The position numbers were made by a program, and so were the translations under genes. The notes under the pieces were generated by a model. That model was given only the letters and a program-made list of their open reading frames with translations, was not told the DNA's origin and ran no database searches. Shown here in pieces: positions 52,134 to 61,796 of a stretch of DNA of 64,000 bases (position 1 is its first letter; every line of letters begins with the position of its first letter). The stretch is from an uncultured Chloroflexia bacterium (GTDB lineage Bacteria > Chloroflexota > Limnocylindria > Limnocylindrales > CSP1-4), in NCBI GenBank assembly GCA_963707215.1, contig CAVPPB010000003.1:759152-823151 (forward strand), given 5' to 3'.

Positions 52134-52218
52134 GGCGCAGCCCGGTGTCAGGGCGATCGCGCCGAAGGCCCCGCGGGGGCGGGCCGCCGGGTCGTACCAT
52201 CCGCGCAGGGAGGTGCCG

Positions 52219-52410
52219 ATGTTCGATCGCTTCCGCGACGCCTACCTGGCGATCGCGATCCTGTCGGTGGCCGCGGCCGTCGGTCTCGAGCGCTTCGCTC
52301 CCGTCAGCCAGGCGATAGACCTGCTCATCGGCCTGCTGCTGATCCTGGCGATCGTGATCAGCGCGCTGGCCGTCGTGACGACGGTCCGAGGGGGCCCGAC
52401 GCCGCGCTGA
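52219..52410 (+). CDS. Small membrane protein (two TMs)
   Basis: 64 aa; GGGAGG RBS 6 nt upstream of the ATG; two hydrophobic helices. Confidence 0.3.
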   Translation: MFDRFRDAYLAIAILSVAAAVGLERFAPVSQAIDLLIGLLLILAIVISALAVVTTVRGGPTPR

Positions 52411-52454
52411 GGCGACGCGTGGACGGCCCCGAGGACCGGTCGGTCCGAGCCGCC

Positions 52455-52811
52455 CTAGCCGAGCGGCCCGAGCGGGCTGTAGATCGAGAGGCGGTAGCCG
52501 TCCGGGTCGTGGAGCCAGGCGTGCCGGGCGCCCCACGGTTGGTCAGACGGCTCGGTGACGTCGATCCCGGCGGCCCGCAGCCGCGCCGCGGCCGTGTCGA
52601 CGTCCGGGACCCGCACGACGAGCTCGATGCCGACCGCACCGACGCTGGCCTCGGGTCGCTCCTCGAGGCCCATGTGGAACCCGTCGCCGCCGCCGACGCG
52701 GAGATAGCCACCGCCCTCGGCAAGGACCTCGAGCCCGAGGTAGTCCACGTAGAAGCGCCTGGCGCGCTCGACGTCGCGCACGTGGACGAAGAGGTGGCTC
52801 AGGGTCGCCAT
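52455..52811 (-). CDS. VOC / glyoxalase-bleomycin-resistance family protein
   Basis: 118 aa; HLFVHVRDVERARRFYVDYLGLEV N-terminus and a C-terminal H/E metal-site pattern (WGARHAWLHDPDGYRLSIY). Confidence 0.65.
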   Translation of the reverse strand: MATLSHLFVHVRDVERARRFYVDYLGLEVLAEGGGYLRVGGGDGFHMGLEERPEASVGAVGIELVVRVPDVDTAAARLRAAGIDVTEPSDQPWGARHAWLHDPDGYRLSIYSPLGPLG

Positions 52812-52946
52812 GGTGGCACGCTACCAGAGTGAAGATGGCCCGTGGCGGCTCCCGCGCAGCGGTATGGGCCGGGCGCCGGGCGAGCGATGCGAGCCAGGCG
52901 ATCGGCGGGCTCCCGGCGAGCCAGGCGACGACGGATCGCCTGCCGT

Positions 52947-54410
52947 CTACCAGCCGGCGGCGTCGCGGACCAGGCGGTGGAGGACCCGCGCCGCGATCGT
53001 CCGGCGGTACTCCGCCGTAGAGCGGATGTCGTCGATCGGCGCGAGCTCGGCCGCCAGCGCCTCGGCCGCGCGATCAGCGATCTCCGGTGTCGGGGCCGAG
53101 CCCTCCAGGGCGGCCTCGGCGGCCGCGGCCCGGATCGGCACCGGGGCCACCGACCCGAGGGCGACCCGGACGCCATGCCAGGCGATCCCGGTCCCGCCGT
53201 CGTCGGGTCCCTGGCGCCAGGCCAGGGCCACGCTGACCTTGGAGATCGCCTGTGCCTTGCGGGTCCCCACCTTGCGGAATCGGACCTCGCGGCCCGGCAC
53301 GATCGGGACACGGATCCGCAGGATCAGCTCGTCGGGTTCTCGTGCGGTCCGGCGATAGGCCGGGTGGAACTCGGCCATCGCGACGGTCCGCTCCCCGCGC
53401 GGCCCACCGAGGACGACCTCGGCGTCGAGGGCCATTAGGATCGGCAGCATGTCGCCGGCCGGTGAGGCCGTGGCGAGGTTGCCGCCGATCGTGCCCCGGT
53501 GCTGGATCTGGACCGCGCCGACAGTGGCCGCAGCCTCGACGAGGGCCGGGGCGATCTCGGTCGCGAGGGCAGAGCGCTGGAGCTCGGAGTAGGTGGCCAG
53601 CGCGCCGATGACGAGCGTCCGCGGCTCGAGGGAGATCCCACGAAGCTCGCGCAGCCGCCACAGGTCGAGGACGCGCGCCGGTGGCTCGGCCCCGGCAGCG
53701 AGCTCCACGAGCAGGTCGGTCGCCCCGGCCATCGGGCGCCAGCCGTCGCCCTCGGCCAGGAGCGTGTAGGCCTCGGCGAGGGTGCTCGGCGAGGCGACCG
53801 GCGGCTCGACCAGCACCGTGGACGGCATGGCCTCGACGGGCCTCGGGTCAGCAGCCTCCCGTGAGGCGCCGCGGCGGGTCCCTGCACGAGCCGTCGCCTC
53901 GGAGCCACCCACGTGGCGCTCGACGGCCGCCGCGGCGATGGCCTCGACGATCTTGGTGTAGCCCGTGCAGCGGCAGAGGTTGCCGGCGATGGCAGCCCGG
54001 ATCTCCGCCTCGTCGGGTCCACCGCCGTCGTCGAGATAGGCCTCGGCCGCCATGAGGATCCCCGGCGTGCAGATGCCGCACTGGGCGGCCCCGAGCTCGA
54101 GGAACGCCCGCTGGAGCGGCGCGAGGACCGGCCGTCCCTCCGCGTCTACGAGCGGGCCGCTGCCGTCGGCCGGCGCCAACCCCTCGACGGTCCGCACCGT
54201 GTGGCCGTCGACCTGGCAGACCGGCACGAGGCAGGAGACGACCGGGCCGGAGTCGACGATGACGGTGCAGGCGCCACACTCGCCCTCGCCGCAGCCCTCC
54301 TTCGTCCCGGTGTAGCCGAGGTCCTCCCGGAGGACGTCGAGCAGGCGGCGCATCCCCGGCACGTCGACCTCTACGGGATCGCCGTTCAAGAGGAACCGGA
54401 TGGTGGTCAC
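52947..54410 (-). CDS. Mo-hydroxylase (XDH/CODH family) fused [2Fe-2S] + FAD-binding subunit
   Basis: The GTG at 54410 overlaps the large-subunit TGA (GTGA). The N-terminal ~160 aa carry CGEGECGACTV and CGICTPG...CRCTGY, the two [2Fe-2S] clusters. A CO-dehydrogenase-flavoprotein-like domain follows in the same frame with no stop (GTIGGNLATASPAGD, C-terminal EYRRTIAARVL). Confidence 0.75.
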   Translation of the reverse strand: MTTIRFLLNGDPVEVDVPGMRRLLDVLREDLGYTGTKEGCGEGECGACTVIVDSGPVVSCLVPVCQVDGHTVRTVEGLAPADGSGPLVDAEGRPVLAPLQRAFLELGAAQCGICTPGILMAAEAYLDDGGGPDEAEIRAAIAGNLCRCTGYTKIVEAIAAAAVERHVGGSEATARAGTRRGASREAADPRPVEAMPSTVLVEPPVASPSTLAEAYTLLAEGDGWRPMAGATDLLVELAAGAEPPARVLDLWRLRELRGISLEPRTLVIGALATYSELQRSALATEIAPALVEAAATVGAVQIQHRGTIGGNLATASPAGDMLPILMALDAEVVLGGPRGERTVAMAEFHPAYRRTAREPDELILRIRVPIVPGREVRFRKVGTRKAQAISKVSVALAWRQGPDDGGTGIAWHGVRVALGSVAPVPIRAAAAEAALEGSAPTPEIADRAAEALAAELAPIDDIRSTAEYRRTIAARVLHRLVRDAAGW

Positions 54411-56752
54411 GGCGCGTCTCCCGCCGCTCCACGACCAGTGCCCGTCGGCGATCCGGTCATGAGCTCCAGGATCCGCTCCGGAGTGGCCGGGAGTCGGTCG
54501 ACCCAGACCCCGATCGCATCGTGGATCGCGGCCACGACCGCCGGGGCGACCACGTCCATCGGCAGCTCGCCCAGCCCCTTGGCCCCATGCGGCTCGCCGG
54601 AGAACGGGGCCTCGACCATGATCGCCGTGATCCGCGGCGCGTCGAGGGCGGTCGGGATCAGGTAGGTCGCCAGGCGGTCGTTGCGATACCGGCCGTCCTC
54701 GACCTGGATCTCCTCGATCGTGGCGTAGCCAACGGCCTGGAGCGTGCCGCCCTCGACCTGGCCCTCGGCCATGACCGGGTGGATGACCCGACCCGCGTCG
54801 TCGACCGCGGTCACCGAGCGGACGTCCACCTCGAAGGTGTCGAGGTCCACGGCCACGTCGGCGACGGCCGCGGCCCAGCCATAGGCCGGGTAGGCGTCGC
54901 CGCGGTACGTCACGTCGTCGAACTCGACGTCGGGGTACGGCTCGAACTGCCGGTCCACCCGGGTCGGCCCGTAGCGTCGGACGTCCTCCAGATAGACCCC
55001 GGCGAACGGCAGGCCCGCGTTCCGTTCCTCGACGATGCGGCGCAGCTCGCGGGCCGCCCGGACCAGCAGTCCGCCGACGATCATCGTCGTCCGAGAAGCG
55101 ACCGTCGGGCCGCTGTCCGGCACGACGGCGGTATCGGCCGGGGCGATCTCGACGAGGCCCGGGTCGATGCCGAGCCCCTCCCCGACCAGCTGGCGGAAGA
55201 CGGTCCGCGAGCCCTGGCCGATCTCGGTCGAGCCGGCCAGCACGCGGACCCGTCCTTCGGCGTCGAGCTCGACCGCGGCGACCGACGCCAGGTGGACCTC
55301 GCCGGTGCCGGTGAAGCCGGCTCCGTGCCAGGCGAGCGCCAGGCCGACGCCCTCGGCGGAGCGGCTGGACCCGGTCCGGCCGGGTTCGCCCGGCACGATG
55401 CCCGCGCGGCCCTGCCGGGCCTCGGCGGTCCGCTCGCGGACCGCCTCGAAGCCGGAGGCCTCGACGGCCCGGGCCAGCACGGCCTCGGCAGCGACGCTCT
55501 CGCGAAGGACCTGGCCGGTCGGCGTCGTGTCGCCCGTGCGGTAGGCATTGCGGCGGCGGACCTCGGCGGGGGACATGCCGAGCCGATCGGCGGCCTTGCT
55601 CAGCTGGAGCTCGGCGCCGAAGTGGGCCTGGGGTGCCCCGAACCCGCGGAAGGCACCGTTCGGCGGCGTGTTGGTGCGAACGGCCCTGGAGCGGATCCGC
55701 ACATTCGGGCAGCGGTACGGCCCGCCGGCGTGGAGAGTGGCCCGGGAGAGGACGACCGGGCTGAGGGTCGTGTAGGCGCCGGCGTCGAGGACCAGGTCGA
55801 TGTCCTGGGCCAGGAGCGTTCCGTCGGCGGCGATAGCCGTCCGATGACGAACGATCGAGGGGTGCCGCTTCGTCGTGGCGGCAAGATCCTCGTGGCGCCC
55901 GTAGATCATCCGGACCGGCCGGCCGGCGGCCCGGGCCAGGAGGGCGGCGTGGAGAGCCACCATCGACGGGTACTCCTCCTTGCCGCCAAAGCCGCCGCCG
56001 GTGACGGCCTGGACCACCCGGACCCGCTCGACCGGCTCGCCGAGGCCGCGGGCGAGGGCCGCCAGCACGTAGAAGGGGCACTGCAGGGAGCCGTGGACCG
56101 TGACCCCACCGTCCGGCTCCGGGACGGCGATCATCGCCTGCGGCTCGATGTACAACTGCTCCTGGTGGCCGGTCCGGTAGGTGCCCTCGACGACGACGGC
56201 CGCCGCCGCCATGCCCACCTCGACGTCCCCGACGACGATGTCGTGTTCGGCGAGGATCTCGGTCGAGGCCAGCGGGTCCAGGACCGGCGGGAGGGGCTCG
56301 GTCCGGAGCTGCAGCCTGGATGTCGCCTCGCGGAGCGTGGCCCGGTCCGGGGCTGCCACCAGCGCCACGGGCTCCGCGTGGTGGCGGATCTCACCACCGA
56401 CCGGCACGAGGATCGGCTGGTCGTCATCGATGAGGCTGACGACGTTCTCGCCCGGGATGTCGTCGGCGGTCACCAGGACGACGCGATCCCAGGCGAAGTC
56501 CTCGTCGCGATCGAAACCGATCAGGCGGGCCCGCGGCTCCGTCGACCGGACGGTCGCGCCGTACCAGGCCCCCGGGAAGGCCAGGTCATCGGCGTAGAGG
56601 GCCTCGCCGGTCAGCTTGGCGGGTCCCTCCTCGCGGAGCGCCAGCCCGCTGGCCCGGCCGACCGGCAGGGTCCCTGGCGCGACGAGCACTGGCGCCGCCG
56701 GGCCGTCGATCACGGTCCGACCGCGGGGGGTCTCCTCCGCTCGATCCGTCAT
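54407..56752 (-). CDS. Mo-hydroxylase (xanthine-dehydrogenase family) molybdopterin-binding large subunit
   Basis: 781 aa; GGGFGGKE, a-b hammerhead and MoCo-binding domains, AHGAKG near the C-terminus. Confidence 0.8.
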   Translation of the reverse strand: MTDRAEETPRGRTVIDGPAAPVLVAPGTLPVGRASGLALREEGPAKLTGEALYADDLAFPGAWYGATVRSTEPRARLIGFDRDEDFAWDRVVLVTADDIPGENVVSLIDDDQPILVPVGGEIRHHAEPVALVAAPDRATLREATSRLQLRTEPLPPVLDPLASTEILAEHDIVVGDVEVGMAAAAVVVEGTYRTGHQEQLYIEPQAMIAVPEPDGGVTVHGSLQCPFYVLAALARGLGEPVERVRVVQAVTGGGFGGKEEYPSMVALHAALLARAAGRPVRMIYGRHEDLAATTKRHPSIVRHRTAIAADGTLLAQDIDLVLDAGAYTTLSPVVLSRATLHAGGPYRCPNVRIRSRAVRTNTPPNGAFRGFGAPQAHFGAELQLSKAADRLGMSPAEVRRRNAYRTGDTTPTGQVLRESVAAEAVLARAVEASGFEAVRERTAEARQGRAGIVPGEPGRTGSSRSAEGVGLALAWHGAGFTGTGEVHLASVAAVELDAEGRVRVLAGSTEIGQGSRTVFRQLVGEGLGIDPGLVEIAPADTAVVPDSGPTVASRTTMIVGGLLVRAARELRRIVEERNAGLPFAGVYLEDVRRYGPTRVDRQFEPYPDVEFDDVTYRGDAYPAYGWAAAVADVAVDLDTFEVDVRSVTAVDDAGRVIHPVMAEGQVEGGTLQAVGYATIEEIQVEDGRYRNDRLATYLIPTALDAPRITAIMVEAPFSGEPHGAKGLGELPMDVVAPAVVAAIHDAIGVWVDRLPATPERILELMTGSPTGTGRGAAGDAP

Positions 56753-56813
56753 GCCGGTGTCGCGCTCCCTCCTTGCACGGTGGCCTCGACGATGGCCGCG
56801 GCCACGTCGGGTG

Positions 56814-57191
56814 TCAAGCCGGCTCGTCGCCCGACGGGTCGAGCGGGACGCGCTCGAGGTCGACGGCCCGGTAGACGATGACCTCGACGGGCTCCAGGGT
56901 GATCATCCCGTCGGCCACCATCGAGTCGAGCTCCGGCAGGACGGCCCGCAGCCGGTCCTCCCGGTCGACCACCTCGACCACGACCGGAAGGTCCTCCGAC
57001 AGGCGGAGGATGCGGGTCGTGTGGAGCACCGAGCGCTTGCCGTAGCCCTCGATCCCGCGGATGACCGTGGCGCCGGCGATACCCCGCTCGCGGAGGCGGT
57101 GGACGATGGCCTCGTAGAGCGGGCGGCCCTCCCAGGTGTCCGATTCGCCGATGTAGATGCGGGCGATCAGCCCGGTCCCTTCCAGCTTCAT
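56814..57191 (-). CDS. DUF190 / PII-like protein
   Basis: 125 aa from the ATG at 57191 (MKLEGTGLIARIYIGESDTWEGRPLYEAIVHRLRERGIAGATVIRGIEGYG). This matches the DUF190 pattern. Confidence 0.5.
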   Translation of the reverse strand: MKLEGTGLIARIYIGESDTWEGRPLYEAIVHRLRERGIAGATVIRGIEGYGKRSVLHTTRILRLSEDLPVVVEVVDREDRLRAVLPELDSMVADGMITLEPVEVIVYRAVDLERVPLDPSGDEPA

Positions 57192-57228
57192 CCGGGCAGT
57201 CTCCCGAGCGGCAGGCCGGCGTCGTCGG

Positions 57229-58638
57229 TCACGGTCCCGGCTCCCAGCCGCCCGGTCCGGGCAGCCGCCGGCCGCGGACCCAGGCCGCCCGGACCATGTC
57301 CGGGTGCGGCCGGTAGATGAGCCTGGAGAGGAGGGCTCGCGGGTCATCGAGCGGGTCGTCGCCCCCGGGGATCACGGTCGCACCGGGTGGCAGCGGAGCC
57401 GTCAGGGCAGGATCGACCGCGATGAGATCGGCCTCCTTGCCTGCCTCGAGCGTCCCGATGACACCCTCGAGACCCAGGCAGCGGGCTCCCTCGAGCGAGG
57501 CCATCCGCAGCCAGCCGAGCGGATCGAGCGGCTCGTGGGCATCGCCGCGGACCACCCGAAGCGCGTTCTGGACGTAGGCCCCGACGCGCATCACCGAGAA
57601 CAGCGACGCGTCCGGGCCAGCGGCGACGTCCGAGCCGAGCCCGACCCTGATGCCGGCCTCGAGGTAGCGCCCGAGCGGCATGATGCCGCTGGCGAGGAAG
57701 AGGTTCGAGGACGGGCAGTGGGCGACCCGGGCGCCGGTCTCGACGAGGCGAGCGACCTCCCGATCGGACAGGTGGATCGCGTGGGCCAGGATCGCCCGCG
57801 AGGTCAGCCCGCCGGCACGGTCGTAGACGTCCGTGTAGTCGAGGGCCTCGGGGAAGCGGCGGGCCACCTCGGCGATCTCGCCCGGGTCCTCGGACAGGTG
57901 GGTCTGCCACCAGGCGCCGCAGGCGGCGGCCAGATCGGCGCTCTCGCGGAGAAGCTCGGCCGAGCAGGTGATGGCGAAACGGGGGGTGAAGGCGTAACCG
58001 AGCCGGCCGTCGGCGGCTCCGTTCCAGCGCTCGCAAAGCTCGACCGACTCGCGGAGGCTGCGCTCGAGGACCTCGCTGTCCGGGACGGCCAGGTCGTAGC
58101 GATCGCGGTCCATCATCACCTTGCCGATGACGGCCCGGATCCCGTGGGCCTCGGCGGCCCGGAAGGCGGCGTCGGTGGAGTCAGCGTAGACCGCAGCATA
58201 GGCGACGACCGTCGTCGTCCCGGCCGCCGCGAACGCCCGGAAGACGGGCGGACCGATCCGCTCGGCGGCCGCGACGTCCATAGCCTGCTCCATTGGGAAG
58301 ATGTAGCGCCGGAGCCAGCTCATGAGGTCGAGGCCGGCGCCGATGCCGGCGTTGGGGACCTGCCAGAGGTGGGCGTGCAGGTCGACGAGCCCCGGCAGCA
58401 GGACCCGGCCGCGGAGGTCGTGGACGGCTGCCAGCTCGGCGGGCGAGCGGTCCGCCGCCGGGCTGACACCGGCGATCCGGCCATCGCGATCGACGTCGAC
58501 GACAGCATCGGCGAGATCGAGGGACCCGCCGGCTGCGAGCGGGGTCACGACACGGGCGCGGAGCGCGTACGGCGGCGCCGCGGGCAGGTCCCGGTCCGGA
58601 CCGAGGCGGGCCTCGTCGATGCCGGTCCGGGCGTCCAC
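57229..58638 (-). CDS. guaD: Guanine deaminase-like amidohydrolase
   Basis: 469 aa. The metal-binding HAHLWQ motif, SEDPGEI, HAIHLSD and GLGSDVAAG are typical of guanine/cytosine-deaminase-type amidohydrolases. The xanthine-dehydrogenase neighbours support a role in purine catabolism. Confidence 0.65.
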   Translation of the reverse strand: MDARTGIDEARLGPDRDLPAAPPYALRARVVTPLAAGGSLDLADAVVDVDRDGRIAGVSPAADRSPAELAAVHDLRGRVLLPGLVDLHAHLWQVPNAGIGAGLDLMSWLRRYIFPMEQAMDVAAAERIGPPVFRAFAAAGTTTVVAYAAVYADSTDAAFRAAEAHGIRAVIGKVMMDRDRYDLAVPDSEVLERSLRESVELCERWNGAADGRLGYAFTPRFAITCSAELLRESADLAAACGAWWQTHLSEDPGEIAEVARRFPEALDYTDVYDRAGGLTSRAILAHAIHLSDREVARLVETGARVAHCPSSNLFLASGIMPLGRYLEAGIRVGLGSDVAAGPDASLFSVMRVGAYVQNALRVVRGDAHEPLDPLGWLRMASLEGARCLGLEGVIGTLEAGKEADLIAVDPALTAPLPPGATVIPGGDDPLDDPRALLSRLIYRPHPDMVRAAWVRGRRLPGPGGWEPGP

Positions 58639-58726
58639 GTCGCGAGTCTACCCTCCGCTCCCGGCGAGGCGGAGGGCCGAACCTCCCGCCGCAATGCCGG
58701 CGCCCGGGCGAACGGACTGGTCCGCC

Positions 58727-60160
58727 CTACCCTGCGCCCAGCTCGTGCATGGCCCCCCGAAGGGCCGGGTAGAGAGAGCGGTACGTCGCGTGACGGGCGT
58801 CGTGGACGGCCCGGGTCGCCGGATCCGGCTCGATGCGCTCGGACATCCGGACCATGGCAGCGATCGCGGTCGGCAGGTCGATGTGCGCACCCGCCCCCGT
58901 CGCGCCCAGGACGGCCGCCCCGAGCATCGCCGTGTCGGCCACCTCCGGGACGGCCACCGGCACCCCGAGGACGTCGGCCTTGATCCGGTTCCAGAGAGGA
59001 CTCCGGGTGTTGCCGCCCGAGACCCTCAGCTCGCTGACCGGGAGCCCGGCCTCCCGGATCGGGTCGGCGACGTGGCGCAGCGCATGGGCGGCACCCTCGA
59101 GGACCGCCCGGGCCAGGTGGCCGCGGCCATGGGCGAGGGTCAGGCCGACGAAGGCGCCGCGCGCCGCAGGGTCCCAGATGGGCGATCGCTCCCCGGCGAG
59201 GTACGGCAGGAAGACCAGCCCGTGGGCGCCGGCCGGCACGGTCGCCGCCTCGTCGAGCAGCGTCGCCGCGTCGAGGCCGCCGAGGACATCGTCCGCGAGC
59301 CAATCGAGGGCTGCCCCGGTGGCCGCCATCGCCCCGCCGGCGAGCCATCGCCCCGGCAACGGTGCCGCGGCGATCCAGGCACCGGGGATGTCCGGCCGCA
59401 CGGCGGCCAGCACGGCGAAGCCGCCCGAGGAACCGCCGGTGTCGATGGCCTGGCCGGGCTCGACGAGGCCGGCCCCCAGGACGCTGGCGTAGGCGTCGTT
59501 GAGCCCCGCGACGACGGGGGTCCCGGGTCGAAGACCCAGGTCCTCGGCCGCCCGAGCGGTCAGGCCGCCGAGGACCGAGCCCGGGGCCACGGCCGCCGGA
59601 ACACGGTCGGGTCGCAGCCCCAAAGAGGCGAGGACCTGCCGGCCGGGAACGGCCTGGTCGGCCCCGACGGTCATCGCCGCGGTGCCGGAGAGGCGCAGGC
59701 CGAGCCACTCCCAGGCCGCCAGGTAGGCGACCGTGCGGGCGGCGATCTCCGGCTCGCTCCGCTCGATCCAGAGCGCTGCGGGGAGGATCCCCAGCAGCCA
59801 GATCGGCAGGCCCGTGGCCGCGGCGAGCTCGGCCGACTCCTCGCCGGAGCGACGGTCGAGCCAGGCGATCGCCGGGCGCGTGGCGGCGCCCATTCCGTCC
59901 ACGGCGACGCAGGTCGGCCCCTGGGCGACCGGGCAGACCGCCAGGACCTCCGCCCCGGCGGGGGCCTCCGCATGGAGCCGGGCCGCAGCGTCGACGAGCG
60001 CGGCCCACCATGCCTCGGGGTCCTGCTCGGCGCGCCCCTCGTCGAGCTCCGTGGGGTAGGTCGCCCGAGCCATCGCCAGGACGGCCCCGTCCAGGCCGAC
60101 CAGGCCGGCCTTGAGCTCGCTCGTTCCGAGATCGATCGCCAGGATGACGGGAGTCGTCAT
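58727..60160 (-). CDS. FGGY-family carbohydrate kinase
   Basis: 477 aa; N-terminal ILAIDLGTSELKAGLV, central DTGGSSGG, C-terminal FGGY signature region. The start overlaps the upstream stop (ATGA at 60157-60160). Confidence 0.7.
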   Translation of the reverse strand: MTTPVILAIDLGTSELKAGLVGLDGAVLAMARATYPTELDEGRAEQDPEAWWAALVDAAARLHAEAPAGAEVLAVCPVAQGPTCVAVDGMGAATRPAIAWLDRRSGEESAELAAATGLPIWLLGILPAALWIERSEPEIAARTVAYLAAWEWLGLRLSGTAAMTVGADQAVPGRQVLASLGLRPDRVPAAVAPGSVLGGLTARAAEDLGLRPGTPVVAGLNDAYASVLGAGLVEPGQAIDTGGSSGGFAVLAAVRPDIPGAWIAAAPLPGRWLAGGAMAATGAALDWLADDVLGGLDAATLLDEAATVPAGAHGLVFLPYLAGERSPIWDPAARGAFVGLTLAHGRGHLARAVLEGAAHALRHVADPIREAGLPVSELRVSGGNTRSPLWNRIKADVLGVPVAVPEVADTAMLGAAVLGATGAGAHIDLPTAIAAMVRMSERIEPDPATRAVHDARHATYRSLYPALRGAMHELGAG

Positions 60161-61593
60161 GGGACCGGCGGCAGGACCTTGCCCGGATTGAGGATCCCGA
60201 GCGGATCCAGGGCGGCCTTGATGGCCCGCATCACCCGGACCGCGTCGGCGCCTCGCTGGGCCTCGAGGTACGGAGCGCGGGAGATGCCGACGCCGTGCTC
60301 GCCGGTCATCGAGCCGCCGAGATCCATGGCGATCGCGTAGAGCTCCCCGCTGAGGACGTGGGTCAGCTCTTCGGCCCGCGGGTCGTCCCGCTCGAACACG
60401 AAGTTCGGGTGGAGGTTGCCGTCGCCCGCGTGCCCGAAGGTGGCGCAGCGGACCTCGTATCGATCGGCCAGCTCACGGACCCGGCGGAGCAGCTCGGCCA
60501 CCCGGGCCCTGGGAACGACCACGTCCTCCATCCGGGTGACGCCGAGTCGCTCGAGAGCGTGGAAGGCCTGCCGGCGCCCCTCGCGGAGCCACTCGGCCTC
60601 CTGGGGATCGGCCGCCCGGATGACGAAGGACGCTCCGGTCGCCTCGCAGACGGTCGCGGCCCGCTCGACCTCCGTCGTCGCCGCCGAGCCCGGCAGGTCC
60701 GACTCCACGAGCAGCATCGCCTCGGCCTCACGGTCGAGGCCCAGCGAGAAGGCGTCGTCGACCGCGGCGATCGTCTCACGGTCCATCAGCTCGAGGGTGA
60801 CCGGGCCAAGGCCGGCAGCGGCGATGCCGGCGACAGCCCGACCGGCGTCCTCGACCGACCGGAAGAAGGCCAGCAGCGTCGATCGCGGGGGCGGCGTCGG
60901 GCGTAGCCGGAGGGTGGCCTCGGTGATCAGGCCGAGGGTGCCCTGCGAGCCGACCATGAGGTGGGTCAGCGAGTAGCCGGCGACGTCCTTGAGGTTCCGG
61001 CCACCCGTCCGGATGACGGTCCCATCGGCCAGGACGACCTCGAGCGCCAGGACGCTCTCACGGGTCTGGCCGTACTTCATGCAGCACAGCCCTCCGGCGT
61101 TGGTCGAGAGGTTGCCGCCGATCGAGCAGGATTCGTACGAGGCTGGATCGGGCGCGTAGAAGAGGCCCTTGTCGGCGGCGGCCCGCTTCAGGTCCGCGTT
61201 GATCACCCCAGGCTGGACCACGGCCACGAGGTTCGCCTCGTCGATCTCGAGGATCCGGTCCATCCGCTCGAAGCCGATCGTCAGGGCGCCCTCGATGCCG
61301 TTCGCCCCACCGGACATCCCGGTGCCGGTGCCGCGGGGCACGATCGGGGCTCGATGGGCGGCGGCGAGCCTGACCAGCTCGGCCACCTCGGCCGTGGTCG
61401 TCGGCAGGACGACCGCGATCGGCAGCCCCGCTGCAACGTAGGGCGCCTCGTCCCGGCGGAACCGCTCGCGGTCGACCTCGTCCTCCAGCAGGCGGAGCCC
61501 CGGGAGGCCAAGACGGATCGCCGCCACCAGGGCGGGCCCGGCGGCGGGGTCCGGCTGCGGTGGCGCAGTGGTCGGGGTCGTCGCTTCGGTCAT
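60157..61593 (-). CDS. FAD-linked oxidase (GlcD / D-lactate-dehydrogenase-like)
   Basis: 478 aa; FAD-binding PCMH domain (VVLPTTTAEVAELVRLAAAHRAPIVPRGTGTGMSGGA) and a C-terminal FAD-oxidase_C domain with the HAGDGNLHPN motif. Confidence 0.75.
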   Translation of the reverse strand: MTEATTPTTAPPQPDPAAGPALVAAIRLGLPGLRLLEDEVDRERFRRDEAPYVAAGLPIAVVLPTTTAEVAELVRLAAAHRAPIVPRGTGTGMSGGANGIEGALTIGFERMDRILEIDEANLVAVVQPGVINADLKRAAADKGLFYAPDPASYESCSIGGNLSTNAGGLCCMKYGQTRESVLALEVVLADGTVIRTGGRNLKDVAGYSLTHLMVGSQGTLGLITEATLRLRPTPPPRSTLLAFFRSVEDAGRAVAGIAAAGLGPVTLELMDRETIAAVDDAFSLGLDREAEAMLLVESDLPGSAATTEVERAATVCEATGASFVIRAADPQEAEWLREGRRQAFHALERLGVTRMEDVVVPRARVAELLRRVRELADRYEVRCATFGHAGDGNLHPNFVFERDDPRAEELTHVLSGELYAIAMDLGGSMTGEHGVGISRAPYLEAQRGADAVRVMRAIKAALDPLGILNPGKVLPPVP

Positions 61594-61796
61594 GGCCAGA
61601 GGATACGGGCCGCCGGGCGCTCGTGGTCCACCGGTCGGCTCCGTGCTTGCTGGGATCGTGCCGGCCGGGAGCCGGTGGCATCGCCCCGGACGTTCGGGCC
61701 GGTGGCCACCCGGCGCGGTCGGGCGTAGGCTTGTGCCATGTCCGACCGGGGGTCGGCCCGGGGGTCGACGATGCCGCCTGCGTCGCCGGGGTCCCG

